This document shows, one piece after another, positions 1 to 13,763 of a stretch of 64,000 nucleotides of DNA; within the stretch, counting starts at the first letter, position 1, and the number at the start of each line of letters is the position of its first letter. Source of the DNA: Callorhinchus milii. Lineage: Eukaryota. A model generated the notes under the pieces. It made no database searches. It was not told the DNA's origin and saw only the letters and a program-made list of their open reading frames with translations. A program made the position numbers and the translations under genes. The stretch spans positions 34,970,001-35,034,000 of the forward strand of contig NW_024704743.1 of NCBI RefSeq assembly GCF_018977255.1, given 5' to 3'.

Positions 1-544
1 TTTGTGGTTACCTTGACAGGGTCCTGTTTTAGGGGTGAGTGCCTTGCAGTTGTAGCTTCAGTTTCTTTATGACCTTAACTGCAGAAGCAAGAAAATCCTT
101 GGCTAGAAAGTCAATTATCAAGTCTGCACTGTCAGCCCTTGTAGGGAATCAGTCTCAGGCTTCATGGGCAGCAGTACCCCTTGCGTGGCAGAGTATCTTG
201 GCAGATCACTTGGAGCACAAGGCACACTATCTTCAATCTGACAGTTGCTCTATGACCCAGAGTCAGCACTCCAGCTTAGAAGTTCAAAGGCTTCCCTCGA
301 TACAGAAGGTGACCAGCTAGTGGTCAGAAGTTTCCTATTGACGCTAAACAACACAACTTGAGAGTATAGGACATGGTAAACCACTCACCATCATGTGATC
401 AATTCCATTCTGCACTCCATGCCAATTCCATGTTTAACGAATCTCGGAACCGAAGCAGACAGCATTGCTGTCGAAGGATTTTGTTCCAGTTTTGACACGT
501 ACCAATTACCCATAAGGAGCAACGGAGGCACATATACTTCATAG

Positions 545-735
545 ATGGGATAGAATTTGCCAAGTAATAAGTTAAAAGAGATTTAGGGGTGTTAGTTTAT
601 CAATCATCATTTCCAAACCATATGATGCAACTCTGAACAAAGCGAATAGGATGTTGGGCTATATTACCAAATCAGTTGAGTTTGGATCACAGAAGTCATG
701 CTCAAGCTCTACTTGGAGAATTGCATACAATATGC
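545..735 (+). mobile_element. Degenerate CR1 ORF2 fragment
   Basis: agagatttagggggtgttagtt (RDLGV), aaagcgaataggatgttgggctatatt (KANRMLGYI). Confidence 0.6.
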
Positions 736-1884
736 CAAATATGTGCAAAGATGACAATTTATAAATATGACTTATTTTTTGTTTCTGGTGACTAAGCATT
801 TCTTCAAACATGATCATACCTGATGCCCCAAGACTTATAACTGAATGTTGGTAGATAGTTTTGTTTGGAAATTAAACGCCTGCTGTTTGTTCTCCATGGA
901 TTCAAATATCTTGTATGCTATTTTGAGATATTTTGTGTTTGCTCATTACAAAGATTTTCATAATTCTAAGCACCATAATCAAATCAAGTAATGGATAAGA
1001 GGGAGGTAATTTGACCCTTACCTTGAATGAAGTTATTATTCCATCTTCTAGCCAAAGCATTTTATTTCAACAAATGTGCTCTTTTTGCACACATGACAGA
1101 AGCAATGTTTCACTTGATATAACTTCTTTTCCATTTTCTCCCACCCTATAAAGATAACTACCTGACAAACCTCCATTTGCCAGTATAGTAACCATTTTGG
1201 AATGGGTTAGCAGTTCACATCTGAAAATCGTTAGCATTCTCAGATTAATTCTAGTACAATCAGGCACTGCAGGACTGGTACCAGGTGAGGTCGTCTCTCT
1301 GACTTCTCAGATACTTGGGGATGGGGGGAGAAAGCGTTGGCCTCATCTGTAACTCAGCAGCCTTTTATCCAGTTGTTCACTCAAGCTTTAGGTTCTGGTG
1401 TCACATGGTATTATAACAACTACTTATTTTTGGACCTAGAGCATGGTGTTACCTCAAAAGAAATTCCAAAATTTGTAATACCAGAGACTTGATGTTGGTG
1501 TCTGAGGCAACTGTTACCAACCAGATCTCATGGTTTTGAATGGTTCATTTTAAGTAATTTGTTGATCCCTTTGCTCTGTGATGTGTGTAGCCAGGAAGAA
1601 GCATCAGGGATGTATGGTCTTCTGTTTCTGCATGATGTCCACTGAAGCAGTTTGAAGTAAGATGTCCAAATATAGGTTAACTCTAAGTCTTCCTTGGATA
1701 AGGTTGACCAACATGGTTTTGTGTGCAAATATGATTGATTTTTTGCATTATCAAAGGCTGCACCTCTGTCTACAGTTGTTATGGATTTGACATTCCTAGT
1801 TTTGGTTTCAAAGGAGAAATTATATTGCAGTTCCTTCAGTTAGTTACTTTCAGCCAAAATAGATATGTATCTAAATTGACAGGT

Positions 1885-2286
1885 CTCATTTTCAAGGCCA
1901 TCCACGGCCTCGCCCCCTCCTACATCTCTGATCTGCTAGCCCCCTTATTAACCTGTTCGTTCCCTCTGCTCAGCAGGATCCAGCCTACTCCAGGTCTCCC
2001 GCCCATCCCGCCCTACAATCAGCGGCCGGGTTTTCAGCCTCTCTGCCCCCACTCTTTGGAACTCCATCCTACAATCCCTTCGTCTTGCTCCCTCTCTTGC
2101 CTCCTTCAAGGCACGATTCAAGACATTCCTTTTTGACCGTGCTTTCAGATGCCCTCATATCCCTCTACCCTCCCTCATCCCAACCCTGCCCCATCAGGCT
2201 CAGATCCTGATCCCTGAGTATTCAGCGCCTTGGGACGTCCTCCCAACATGAAAGGTGCTTTACAAATGTCATTTTGTTGTTTGTTG
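1885..2286 (+). mobile_element. L2 3' end
   Basis: [16 protein letters not shown]; tail agcgccttgggacgtcctcccaacatgaaaggtgct + ttgttg. Confidence 0.88.
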
Positions 2287-2614
2287 ACTGGCTCATAGAG
2301 TATTTTCATTCAGAAGAATAAGGAGCAGCAGAATATAATGTGCCCAAAACATCAATGCAAAATCTCTTTTGACATGTTGTGGTCCAAACAGCAAACATTC
2401 CTAATGAAGCCTTAGTTGCTGAGTTTCAGATCACAGTTCAATCCTGGATTTCACAGCATACCTAAAAGGCACTATCAGTTTGTGTTATGCATGGCAAAAA
2501 TAAACTACACCATCCACTGGCTATTTCAAAAAGCTCTTATTACCTTTTGTATATTCCTCAGTAAAGTACAAAAAGTCATCTATCTACACTGTATACTTTC
2601 AAAAACCAGCCTAG

Positions 2615-3605
2615 CACTTTACTTTCTACCACACATCCATTCCCTGACCAGGACCGCTTTCTTCCAACTCCGCCATATTGTCTGTCTGTACCTCACAACC
2701 GACGCAGCTGAAACCTTCGTCCACGCCTTTGTCATTTCCCAGCTGAACTATTTAATGCCCTCCTCGCTAGTCTCCGCAGCTCCACTATACACAAAATCCA
2801 ATTAGTTAAGAACTCCACTGCCCAGATACTCAGCTGCACAAAACTCTGTATCACACCAGTCCTTTCTGGCCTCCATTGGCTCCTAATCACTGAATGGATC
2901 AATTTCAAGATCCTCACTCGTTTTTAAATCCTTTCATGCCCACACACCTCCCTACCTATCAGAGCTGCTTAAGCCCCTTCCCCCACTCCACCACTGGCTG
3001 TCTCTGCTCGGCTGTCTCCGGCCTTGTTTGTCGCTCATGCCCTCCATTCCACCTTCGGTGGCCGTGCCTTCAGCCACTATGCCCCAGAATTCTGGAAGTC
3101 TCTCACTCAATCCCTCTGCCTTGCCCCCTGCCTCCTCACATTCAAATGCTGCCTAAAGACCTTCCTGTGGAGTCTTGTAGCTCAGTGTTTAGAGCACTTG
3201 CCTCGCAAGCGAGAGCTCTGGGTTCATTTCCCAGCAGGGTGAAACCTTGGGCAAGTTTCCTTACACCACACAACTGTTAATAATCCCTCAAGAAAAAAAA
3301 ATTTGGTCACTTCAATCCACGACTGTTTGTGGGACACTGCTGTGCGCAATTGGCTGTCATGTTTTGCCCACAAATATGCAGTCAATTCACTTTACAATAT
3401 ATTCTGTGAAGAGCTTTGAGTTGTCTAGAAGACATAAAAAGCGCTATATCAATTATTATGATATATTATGTTTTTCATCTTGCTTAGGGTCACCTCCCCC
3501 TCCCTCTGGCTCATTGTCAGACTCCGCCACTGTAAAGCTCTCCAGGATGCTATACCGCATGAAGAGCGCTATAGGGCGCATAATATGCAAGTCGTTGTTA
3601 TTGTA
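2615..3605 (+). mobile_element. Degenerate L2 3' portion interrupted by a SINE
   Basis: FLPHIHSLTRTAFFQLRHI, AETFVHAFV, TFGGRAFSHYAP; L2 sequence resumes after the SINE at ~3470. Confidence 0.85.
3166..3468 (+). mobile_element. Family B SINE (tRNA-Ala-like head), short subtype, nested in L2
   Basis: A box tagctcagtg, anticodon arm cttgc-ctCGCaa-gcgag, B-box-like ggttcatttcc; 3' half shared with family A. Confidence 0.85.
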
Positions 3606-4234
3606 GCACCTTATTTAGTATATTGTTTCTAAGCTGCTATAAGCAATATCCCAAGCTAGTGTGCCAAAGCGATTATTGGTGATGCCTGTAATTCACCACT
3701 TGTAATTCAGATTGCTCATATCACTGCTACCAATGCTTTACCCCGATGTAGGTTAAAATGCTCTTTTCAAATTCAGTGTTCTGAAGGAGAAAATCTATTT
3801 CTACTGCTGTGTACTTTTGCAAATCAAGTGGGCATAATATGCACATTTCTCAACCCACTATGAACTTAATTGAAATTCTCATGTGGGGAGGCCTTCTTTA
3901 TTGCGTAAAATGTTTCCACCAAATTGCTCACAGTCAGTTCATTATCAAAATAATCCAAGTTTCAGTGATGGATGCAGATTTTTAATGTTGTAAATGTGCA
4001 TAGTGCATAACTTTCAAAGATGTGTTGTTAGTTCTGCTGAGGCGGGAACGTATAGTGCTGACCAAAGTAGGCATGACTCCATTCCAGCAAATCTAAATGG
4101 AAGCTGTTTAGACATCACTTAAGGGGGATGGTCATTTTTGGAGAAACATTTCTTTGAAGAAACCAACTCATAAATCATTGTGGAAGCTGCTCTCAAGGGG
4201 TAGCTCTGAAAATCGGTCATTGTTTTCAAAGGCA

Positions 4235-4720
4235 AAAAATTTACAAAGAACAAACAGCACGGAAGCAGGTCACTCAGTCCAACCAATCCATGCCTGTGTT
4301 TATACTCCAGATGAGTCTCCACCCATTCCTTTAATCCATCCATACCTTTCTGTTCCCATTTCCTTCATGCAAAGGTCTAGCCTTCCTCTTGAACGCATCC
4401 ATGTTATCCGATCAACTACCATTTCAGGCAGCGAGTTCCACAATCTCACTGCCTTCTGCGTAAAGTAGCTCCTCCTAAAATTCTCTTTTTGATCCCCTAG
4501 TTCTCATCTTATATTTGTGTCCTCTGGTAACAGAGTTGCCAACCAGTGGAAACAACCTATTTTATGTAAACCTTACAAGCAACAACTTGCCAACTCTGGT
4601 ATCATCCTCATAAACCTATGCTGTACTCTTTCCATCGCTGCTATATCGTTCCTGGAGGCCAGAATTGGACACAATACTTCAATGTTTTGTATATATTCAA
4701 CATTACCTCCTCACTTCTAT
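4235..4720 (-). mobile_element. Degenerate CR1 3' end
   Basis: caggcagcgagttccacaatctcactgccttctgcgtaaag and other CR1 3'-terminal motifs. Confidence 0.65.
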
Positions 4721-5496
4721 ATTCTAAGTTTGCTGTATTCACTCCCGTTTTCCTCCCACTTGTCTATTCTGTTCTTTTCAAATGCATTTTTCCCTAGCTG
4801 CAGTTTTGTCTTCATAAGTGAAAGCTTTCTAATAGTTAAATAAACTTCTGCTGGGAAATATGACTAAGGAGAGCAGTAAGAATCTCTATTTTCTATACCA
4901 GCACCTTTGTCTTGAGTTGTGCTGATTTGACTGATAATAATGAACAGATAAATGAAAGGTCTTGAAGCATCTTTCATTCAAAGAACCATTTCATATGATC
5001 AGTACAACGGTTATCTTACTAGGAATCTTGTCTATTGAACATAATTGTTTCACAAGTATAACAGTTTGAAAAACCAATTACATTAGACAGTAAATGTTCA
5101 ACATTGTGTTGCATGCAATACATTCACATAAAAGTAACAAAATGCTAATTATGTGTATTTGATCCATTTCTCCAATTTCTTCAGCTATGCCAACTTTAGT
5201 CATTTGAGATCCTGCAGGTACTATGACACCTGGTTTGTGGAGCAGTTGAACATGCAAATAGAGAAGAAATTTGATCATTCACCAATTTCAGTAATATCCC
5301 CGTTGAGCACCAGGCCAGGGACTAGAAGGTTCTGGATTCTCAGCCCTTTACTCTTTCAAGGCCAACAATAAAGAACAACAAATCTCTGGTGGGGAACAAG
5401 ATCCAAGCAAGATCTTTCTGACTTTGAGGAGACCCTTGACCAAATTAGATATGTCAAGGACTCCTCGTGCTCAAGGGGAGAATTACACCGCCATTT

Positions 5497-6264
5497 TGTC
5501 ACAGACACCTCACAATCTACACTCCACACTTACCTGTCTATAAAATCTTTTGTGTTTATTAAACTTATTCAGTTAAATATAAAATTGTTTATGCTCATTC
5601 ACTTTATACAATTAAATATAACTTTATTTCCGCTTTCGGAACAAACGTCGCAACAAACACTGATAACATGATCTAAACTATAATAATGACTGAGCCTCAA
5701 CCTGGGACCCAGTAACAAACAGAGCGACCTGACTCGCCTGTAATCCTCGTGTCAGGCCCTGAGGCCCAGAGTTTCCCAGTTACAGGCGTTAATGTTGTCG
5801 CCAAATCGCCGCTGAGGCTCAAACACGCTCCCTCTCTAGCCCCGCCCCTGCCCCTCTAGCCCCGCCCCTGCCCCTCTAGCCCCGCCCCTGCCCCTCTAGC
5901 CCCGCCCCTGCCCCTCTAGCCCTGCCCTCCCTCTCTAGCCCCGCCCCTGCCCCTCTAGCCCCGCCCCTGCCCCCTCTAGCCCCGCCCCTGCCCCTCTAGC
6001 CCCGCCCCTGCCCCTCTAGCCCCGCCCTCCCTCTCTAGTCCCGCCCCTGCCCCTCTAGCCCCGCCCCTGCCCCTCTAGCCCCGCCCCTGCCCCTCTAGCC
6101 CTGCCCTCCCACTCTAGCCCCGCCCCTCTCTAGCCCCGCCCCTCCCTCTCTAGTCACGCCCTCCCTCTCTAGCCCCGCCCCTCCCTCTCTGGCCCCGCTC
6201 CTCCCTTCAGACCCATCTCCCCACGTGATTTCTCTCATCCAATTAACCTTGAACACCTGTGACA
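5497..6264 (-). mobile_element. Candidate LTR (768 bp)
   Basis: 8-bp inverted termini TGTCACAG...CTGTGACA. Minus strand has ATTGG, CACGTG and a GC-box array, then AATAAA (5623-5628, 5555-5560). aaaTGGCGG lies just beyond the 3' end (PBS-like). No TSD. Confidence 0.45.
5829..6200. repeat. GC-rich minisatellite, ~20-bp unit CCCCGCCCCTGCCCCTCTAG, about 18 copies with variants
   Basis: Directly visible tandem array. Confidence 0.97.
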
Positions 6265-7799
6265 ACACACACACCCACAGTGGCTCTATTAACCCATCAC
6301 TGCCTCACAGACAGATCTGCAATAACCCAAGGCACCGTTGTTGTCAATGCCCGACTTTATTGTTGATATTTGATGCTATGGACATCATTGTTTTCAACCA
6401 CAGCCTAAAATACTAGGCCATTTCTAACATACAACAACCATGCTCTGAGATTGCCTTTTTAAACCAATTTCATTTTTTCCACAGGGAGATTTTCCTTCAG
6501 TGTGGTGGTAATGGAGATTCAACTCTAATTTACTAATCTGTATAAGCGATAGATTTTCTTCAGTTTGAGTATTTGGAACTTGCCTAGTTTCAACTTCTGA
6601 AGGTTCATGCATTTAACACATTTTTGATTCCTTATCCCGGTATCCCTGCGTTGGATCTTTTCTGATTTCCATTTCAGTGTGAATGCAAAAAATTCCTACA
6701 TCAATTTTTCCTCAGATTGTTTAAGAATATTCCAAAATATGAACACTGAATACATTTGAACTCTTCTTTTTGATTCATAATTTCTAGTTTGCAGAGACAA
6801 TTATCAGTGTTTAGGTTCCAGGCTATAACTGTTGATAATTTTTATCTTGTCTCTTGCCAAAACTGTCTTGTAATTTCTGGGAATCTTTCTTTCCGGTATT
6901 CATTGGCTTTCCACTCCACCCATAGTTCACTTGTTAGCTCTGTTAAAGAGGAAGCTGAATTTTCAGTTCACTAATCTTGATGAACATGGCAAAGAGCCAA
7001 GTTCTCCATTGCTATATGCTTGCAACTACAAGGCCAGCAAGTGTTATCCCTTCCAGTCCCTCATTTTGCCTTGTATTCATCCTATTGCTAAGAAAGATGT
7101 ATTGCTCTATTAGTTCCATCTGTATTTTCTAAATTTATAAATGTTGATATTAACTTTTACAATTTATCTGACATGAAAATAGCCCAAACTCTAATTTTAC
7201 TAGTTTCCATGACCATTTGTTGTTGATTATTCTGCCTATTATATAGCTTTGGTACTCTGAATATTTTGTTTCATTTGTCACTATCTTGGACACGATAACG
7301 CTTATGACTTTTGGTTTCTAAGCAAGTTGATCTTATAGTCTTCTTCCAGTTGTTTTTGTTTCCTTACTCTCAATTGTTGCCCATGTTTTAGCTGATTGAT
7401 TCATTTTTTCCTCATTAAGACACAGATCCACCAGTTCTTTTCTAGCTTCCATTCTGCTCATTGTCTATCTTAGTGACCACCTCCATTCGTTACCCAATTA
7501 CTGTTTACTCTGCTTGCAGTCAACATCTGAATCACTGAAGCTTTATGTGGCAATGAAAATTGGTTATTCTTTGTTTTGGTCAGCCGGGTGTCTGATACAT
7601 GTGGAAACACATAGCTTGTCATTGAGCTTTCCCCAGTGCTTGTCCCAGTGAGGACCACCCTACCTGTTGGGTCTTGGTCCTACTTAACTCCCCCACCCCC
7701 TGGAGGATATAGTTTATTCATAATCTCTCTCTCTTTGTGTTTTTCTCTCTCCCTCGCTCTCAAGTCCAAATAACAGCTACCATTTGCTGACTTCTGACT

Positions 7800-8330
7800 C
7801 CACTGAGTTCATACGTTGACTTTCTTGGCTTTGTTCTACTCCACTCTCAAATTAAACTGACATCTCTATTTCTGAAATTTCATGCCAAGCACATTTTTAC
7901 CTTTTAAACTCCAAATGTCTAAAAACTGCTTTGATATCTAGGGAAACTCTTTGTTTAGCACATCTCTTGAACTCCTGGGCAGGGTACAAAAAAAACTGAA
8001 ATTATTTCACTTCTGACCTACATTTAATGTAGTTCCACGTTTTTCTCTTATTTGACTAATATCACATTGCTCATTACTCAATTGCAGAGACTTGTTTGTT
8101 TTTCCCAACCTGTGAATTCTTTTGCTCCTCCTAAGTGCAAATCCTCACTATTTTAAGTAAAACCTTTAGATTGTTGCCTGCTCTCATCCATTCTTTCATA
8201 GGAACTCAAGCCTCTGGAACTCCTCATTTTCCATCAATCATACTTTCTACTAGCTTTGAACATGTGTTTAAAACCAAGATTGCCATGTCACCTACCCATC
8301 AATTCTTTTGGCCTTTCTCCTACTTTTTCA
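7800..8330 (-). mobile_element. Highly degraded LINE RT fragment
   Basis: Minus strand at ~7915-7950 reads VSLDIKAVF, an RT LDxxxAFD-like motif; otherwise weak. Confidence 0.35.
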
Positions 8331-11300
8331 TTCTTTTAAATGTGTCACTTAAATTTTTTAAGTATTTCTTTTGAAAAAGGCTTTCTTAGCCCTGGTTTAC
8401 CCTGTCCTCCCCAAGAAACACTGCAATACTCTCTGCTTTCAATTTGAACTAATATGCTGTGTTATTGTTCCTGGTGTTCAGCTACACTCAATGCTTATGT
8501 ATTGTCTCTAGAGGAAGAGTTTTACCAGAAGAAGATCTGTCCTATTCAATGCGCTGCCAAGTAACTGGATTGTGCATGGCTGCAAAAGTTGCTATGTCAT
8601 AGATGGATGACTGGATCTTGATGGCATATTTGTTTTGCTCAACTGCAGGCATTTTTCCTGTTAGTTGACCAAAGAATTTGCATTGGCTGTATTATAGAGA
8701 CAAGATTTGTGCGTAGAGCTGGGGAAACCTCTAGCTGTGATAGGTGTCCAACTTGCCTGCCAAATTGGAACCACACCACTCTATCACAAGTAGGGGAAAG
8801 GAGAAAATGTGACATCTACCAATTTCCCAATCATTGTGGAATCCATTATATCCATAGAATTCCATTTTTTTTAAATTGAGGCCAGAATTGCATAGCTAAA
8901 GAAATGAACTAAATGTAATGAAGATCTGAGAGTTTTCCAATGAAATAGCAGCTAACCTCATTTGTGTCAGATCCTTAGAACTGTATCCATATACTAATTT
9001 TTTAAACTTCTCAGAACTGTTTGTTTAATAATGAATGGTGCATAAGTGTACATGTGAATTGCAGAATTTAGCAGCACAGCACTGATTGACAGACAGTAAA
9101 GCAGAGTCAATGATATTGGTGTAAAAAATGCAAACAGTAGAACCACTTACAACCAAGACTGCACAGTAGGCCATTTACAAACAATTGAGACTGAGGAAGA
9201 CAGGACTAGCAAATAAGGTTCTGCAATATGTGGGGTCAACTGTTTTGTGTATAATTGAATAAAGGATTTCAGTATAAGGTACAGACAATATAGAATTCCG
9301 AGTTTTCAACAAACTTGTTGACATCAGCACTCCACGATGAGAAAAAATCATCCAGTTTATGCTCTTGATTGCTGTCCAGCAACCCGTGCTTGTGAGTGTG
9401 AGGACACAATTGTTCTTAGATGTAATGCCCTCTTATTGCTGAGTAGTCTACTGACACTGTAATGTCTGAGAAAGGAATAAGTCACTTGGGTAAAAGGTAA
9501 TTGGGGAGACCAGCACTTGTATATCTATACCCAGTAGGAAAAAGGAATCCAAGCACATTCAAGGGAGGAGAAAATTGGAAATGGCTACAGTAATTTATCA
9601 CTTTGTTGAGGCTGAATCAACACAGAATGATTGCCAATGGAATTACAATCTCCATCAAACAGGTTTCCAAAATTTATAATTAAAAGAGGAACTTTACAAT
9701 CCTGAGGATTCTGTTGCAAGTCATTGAAAGAACTAACTTTCCTGTCCATGCAGGTCTTGAGTGCACTATTTGAATTTCAATGGTACTGTAAATGTGCAAA
9801 TAAGGCAGTAAACTTTGGTGTGCAATGGAGGTAGCATGACTGAGCACACCTTGATAACTGTTCTCATATTTCCACTCTTCAGTTCTGGCCTGGTTTCCTC
9901 TACAGATAGCATTTCCTTTCTGGGGACAGCCCTATAACATAAATAATAATAATCCTTGCATTTGATATAGCACTTTTCAGGCGAAATAGCTTTTCAGCAC
10001 CATCTGCTGTTTGTGCATATGTTGGACAGTCTGGTGAGGAGAGGTTAGCCTAAGCTGTGATGCCTCTACAGTTTATTACCTTCAAGTTTTCTTTAAAGGT
10101 GACACTTCTCATTTGGATAGCACACACCGTTAAAGGCGCTATACAAAAGTAATTTCTACATATTCACTATTTTTTACATCATTGGTCTGAAGGTCTGTGT
10201 TGGAGGGTATGGCAGCTAAGCCCGGTACTTTTCTTACCAGATGCCCAGACATTTAACTGTGGCGAGGGCATTGGATAATGATCATGAATATGGAACTTTG
10301 TCTGACTTTCCCTTCTCAACTTGCAGCATTTAAATAAATTGTACCACCTTAATGCTGCTCCAGCTGTGATCCACTAACTCATCACAGAATTAATTGAAAT
10401 TGGGATTTCCCAGAGCTGGATGACTTTCTTTCTCATCATTTGGTTTGCCAAGTTCATCATTTTTTGTAGGGAGAGAGGTCTTTGTAGCATCTCTGATGTA
10501 AACTCAAATGTCGACATTAATAGTAAATTACCTGATCTCACTTGATATTCACACATTCCGGTTGGGATTATGTTATAGTTAGTGTTCTTTCTGTTGACCC
10601 AGCATAGATCAACTGATCTCAGACTGGGGACCAAAGCTGTCACTTTCCTTCTCTGCATCTCTGGTTTCTGCAATAGGCATTTTTTTAAACTAACTCAGCC
10701 ATCAGTGAAGCTAGTTATTCAACATGCAATTAGATGTTTTGTGTTGACTTCAATCTAGAATGGGCCTTGAAGTGTTTATTTGAAAAGTAAGTTCCTGTGT
10801 TGCTTCTTGATTTTCCCTTTCTTCTCCCCCACCCACCTACCCACCCAAAAGCAGACTTGGAGTGTCCATTAGAGATCACACCTCAAAACAATTTTTTTAT
10901 TTTTATAAAACAATTCTAAAAGGAAGTATTCTGACCTTCAAAAACAGTTTGTCCTTTGTTCAACATCTTCAAATTCCCCTTTCCTCTATCAATACTTAGT
11001 ATTATCTTTGTAAAGCTTAGAAACATTCATCCCGTGTGAAAAGTGTACAGAAGTGCTAGTTCTTCATCTTCTAGTTAATCTGTCAGAAATGAACCATCTG
11101 TATCTATAGAACATAATGTAAATTGTTATGTCTTCAGGCTTTATTTTATTTTAAAAATCCCATTATGTTGTAGATGAGTGAAGTTCAAATTTAACATTTT
11201 CTAATCTTGGGAGTTCTTGGAAGGAAATGGGAAGGTTTCCTTTTTATAAACAAAATACAAGTATTAAAATGCAGCAGTCATAAGTACTTAGCACTGCTAT

Positions 11301-11924
11301 TTCAGAGCTACTGTGTTCTCACAGAGGTCTAGTTATGCAATGTTGTCTTGATCAATATCAATTTCAGTTGATCAGCTTTTAACATTAGAACAAATTTCCT
11401 ATAAACTTTTTCTTCTGGCAATTGAGTATGCACTAATGTCTAGCCCAAATCTCAATTTAAATTGAAAATTCCTTGTTTGCTTCAAGGTATGATTATTTTG
11501 TACGTTGAGAGTTCTTCCTGTTTTTACATAAATCTTTTGCTACAAAGATACTCTGGAGCTATGTAGTTGTATGGTGTCTAATATTCAAGCTCAATGGATT
11601 TAATACAGCATTGGTGGCTAATTTTGAATGGGCCTCAAAGCAATAGAGAAAACATACTGAATTAATTTCTTACTTACTAGGTATTTTGCTGTAATTGGAA
11701 AGAGATTCTTTGTAATGTCCAGTAAGGGTATTGACTAGTAAGACTGTTCTGGTGAAAGTTTCAACATTTATGTTTGTCTTCTGTTTAGCAGTAATGATCA
11801 ATTTAGCCAGCAAGTCAATTAACTTTGTAATAAAGTGAAAATACAATCAAAGGTTTAATATCAGATACGAATCGATATTGAACATGAGTTGGAGAATTCC
11901 TTTTGGAGATTTGTTAAATGCAGA

Positions 11925-12271
11925 AAAATACTTGCCTTTGGTATATGCCTTTTACATTGAGAGGACATCCCAAAAGCTTCAGAGAATTTACTGTGAAGTG
12001 GAGTGACTATTTGTTGGTGAACGCAGCAGCCCAGTTGGCACAGCAATGACCCCCAAACAGCCATGAAACAAATCACCAATTTTATTTAGGGATTGTTGGC
12101 CAGAACATGGGGTTAAGCTCCCTTCTCTTTTTGATTAGTGCCATGGGCTCTTTAATGTCCACTTGAACAGGTAGATGGGACCTTATTTAATGCCTAATCC
12201 AAAAGACTGCACCTCCAACAACATAACATGCCCACTTCTGACTGTACAATCTGCATTGGAGTGTCACCCAC

Positions 12272-12302
<31 letters not shown>

Positions 12303-12320
12303 AACTGAGCTATGTTGACA
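11925..12320 (-). mobile_element. Family A Deu-type SINE
   Basis: Reverse complement of the 33.9-kb element, including head (ctgactcagaggcaagagtgctaccaactgagc). Confidence 0.8.
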
Positions 12321-12794
12321 CACCTGTTAAGCAAATGTAATTATGTCAAAAGGCAGGTTGTTCCTGTTTTGTCAATAAAATCTAAACCGGTTCAGCTGCT
12401 GCAAACTCAGCAAACTTTTTTTTATCAGTGAGGTTCTAGAATTAAAAGATATACACAGGTTAAAGAGTCTTTATTATATGGACGACATCCCCATTTACTT
12501 TTTCTCTCGATTCCAGTTCTATTGATATTCTGTACACTCGTTCTTAAGCATGGTGATGTGTTTCCGCATGTGTCAGACCCCCCCAAAAATCTGTCTGACA
12601 TCAAGGCCTCAATGATCCTCAATTTTGTGCAGCTTAGCATAAACAAGACAAAAGCCATCCTCTTTCTCTTAATTTCAAGAACCCCACAGCATCGGTGAAG
12701 CTGCTTCAGAGTCTTGGAATCCAATCGCAAAGCTTTGTCTTTAATGTACAAAACCATTTGATTCTTCTGTATTATTACCAGAACCAAAGTATCT

Positions 12795-12936
12795 GGGGAA
12801 GACGAGTTTGCAGGGTTATGGGGAGAAAACTGGTGATTGGGGTTAGTGACTTGCTCTGTCAAAGAGCCGGCACAGACTCGATGGGCTGAATGGCCTCCTT
12901 CTGTGCCGTATCATTCTATGATTCTATGATTCTATT
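12795..12936 (+). mobile_element. CR1 3' tail
   Basis: ggcacagactcgatgggctgaatggcctccttctgtgcc hairpin followed by (attctatg)n. Confidence 0.85.
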
Positions 12937-13284
12937 ATCTAAATTCTGGGTTACTACAGCAATCTGGTGTCATTGATATTGATTCCTATGTGCTTCTCAT
13001 TGCTGTGTAAAATACATCACTTTGTTTGAACCTTGACAGAGGTTCTTTTGGTTTTTCTATCCATTAGATCTTATCGTTTTAGAACTATTCCTATCCCAGC
13101 ATCAGGCTGTTTTCTTTTAAATAAATCCACAGTCCTGGCCTCATACATCCTTCCTGATAACCTGTTTTAGTCATTAATTAAATACATAGTTCCCAGTGTC
13201 TATCATGAAATTGCCCTTTGCATCTTTAGGAATCTGTCATGCAATGTCTCATGGCAATTAACGCGCAGTGGTAATCAATGATTA

Positions 13285-13630
13285 TGATAATAATCCTTGC
13301 ATTTGATGTAGCACCTCAAACTGTTGTAGGGAATTTTCAAAGTACTTCACAGGAATTACTGTAAAGTGTAGTGACGGTGTATTTGTACATGAATGCGGCA
13401 GTCAGTTTGCACATAGCATTATCCCACAATTGGCCATGAAGTGAATTGACAATATTATCAGGGAATTGTTGACCAGGACGCTGGACAAATTCTCTTTTTT
13501 CAAATTGTGCTATGGGATCTTTAAAGTCCATCTGAATGGGCAGGCAGTTTAATGTCTCATCTGAATCGTGGCACTTCCGACAAAGTCCCATGTTGGGCTT
13601 GAATCCACAGCTTTCTGACTCAGAGTTGAC
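13285..13630 (-). mobile_element. Family A Deu-type SINE
   Basis: Same core and tail motifs, reverse complement. Confidence 0.75.
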
Positions 13631-13763
13631 TCAGATTTGTAAGTGCCGAGTGATGGAGTTTAGAAGAAGGTCACCTATTCACACTTAGTATTCCTGGGCC
13701 ACTTAACGTTCCTAGCCAAAGAATGGGAAAAAGATCTTTTCTGGCTATAAAGAATTTAAGTTT

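Noticed and set aside
39..520. 93-aa ORF / possible RTE-like remnant
   Set aside because: No recognisable motif that I can support
5829..6200. CRISPR-like array
   Set aside because: Units are contiguous with no unique spacers; vertebrate context and no cas genes. It is a minisatellite.
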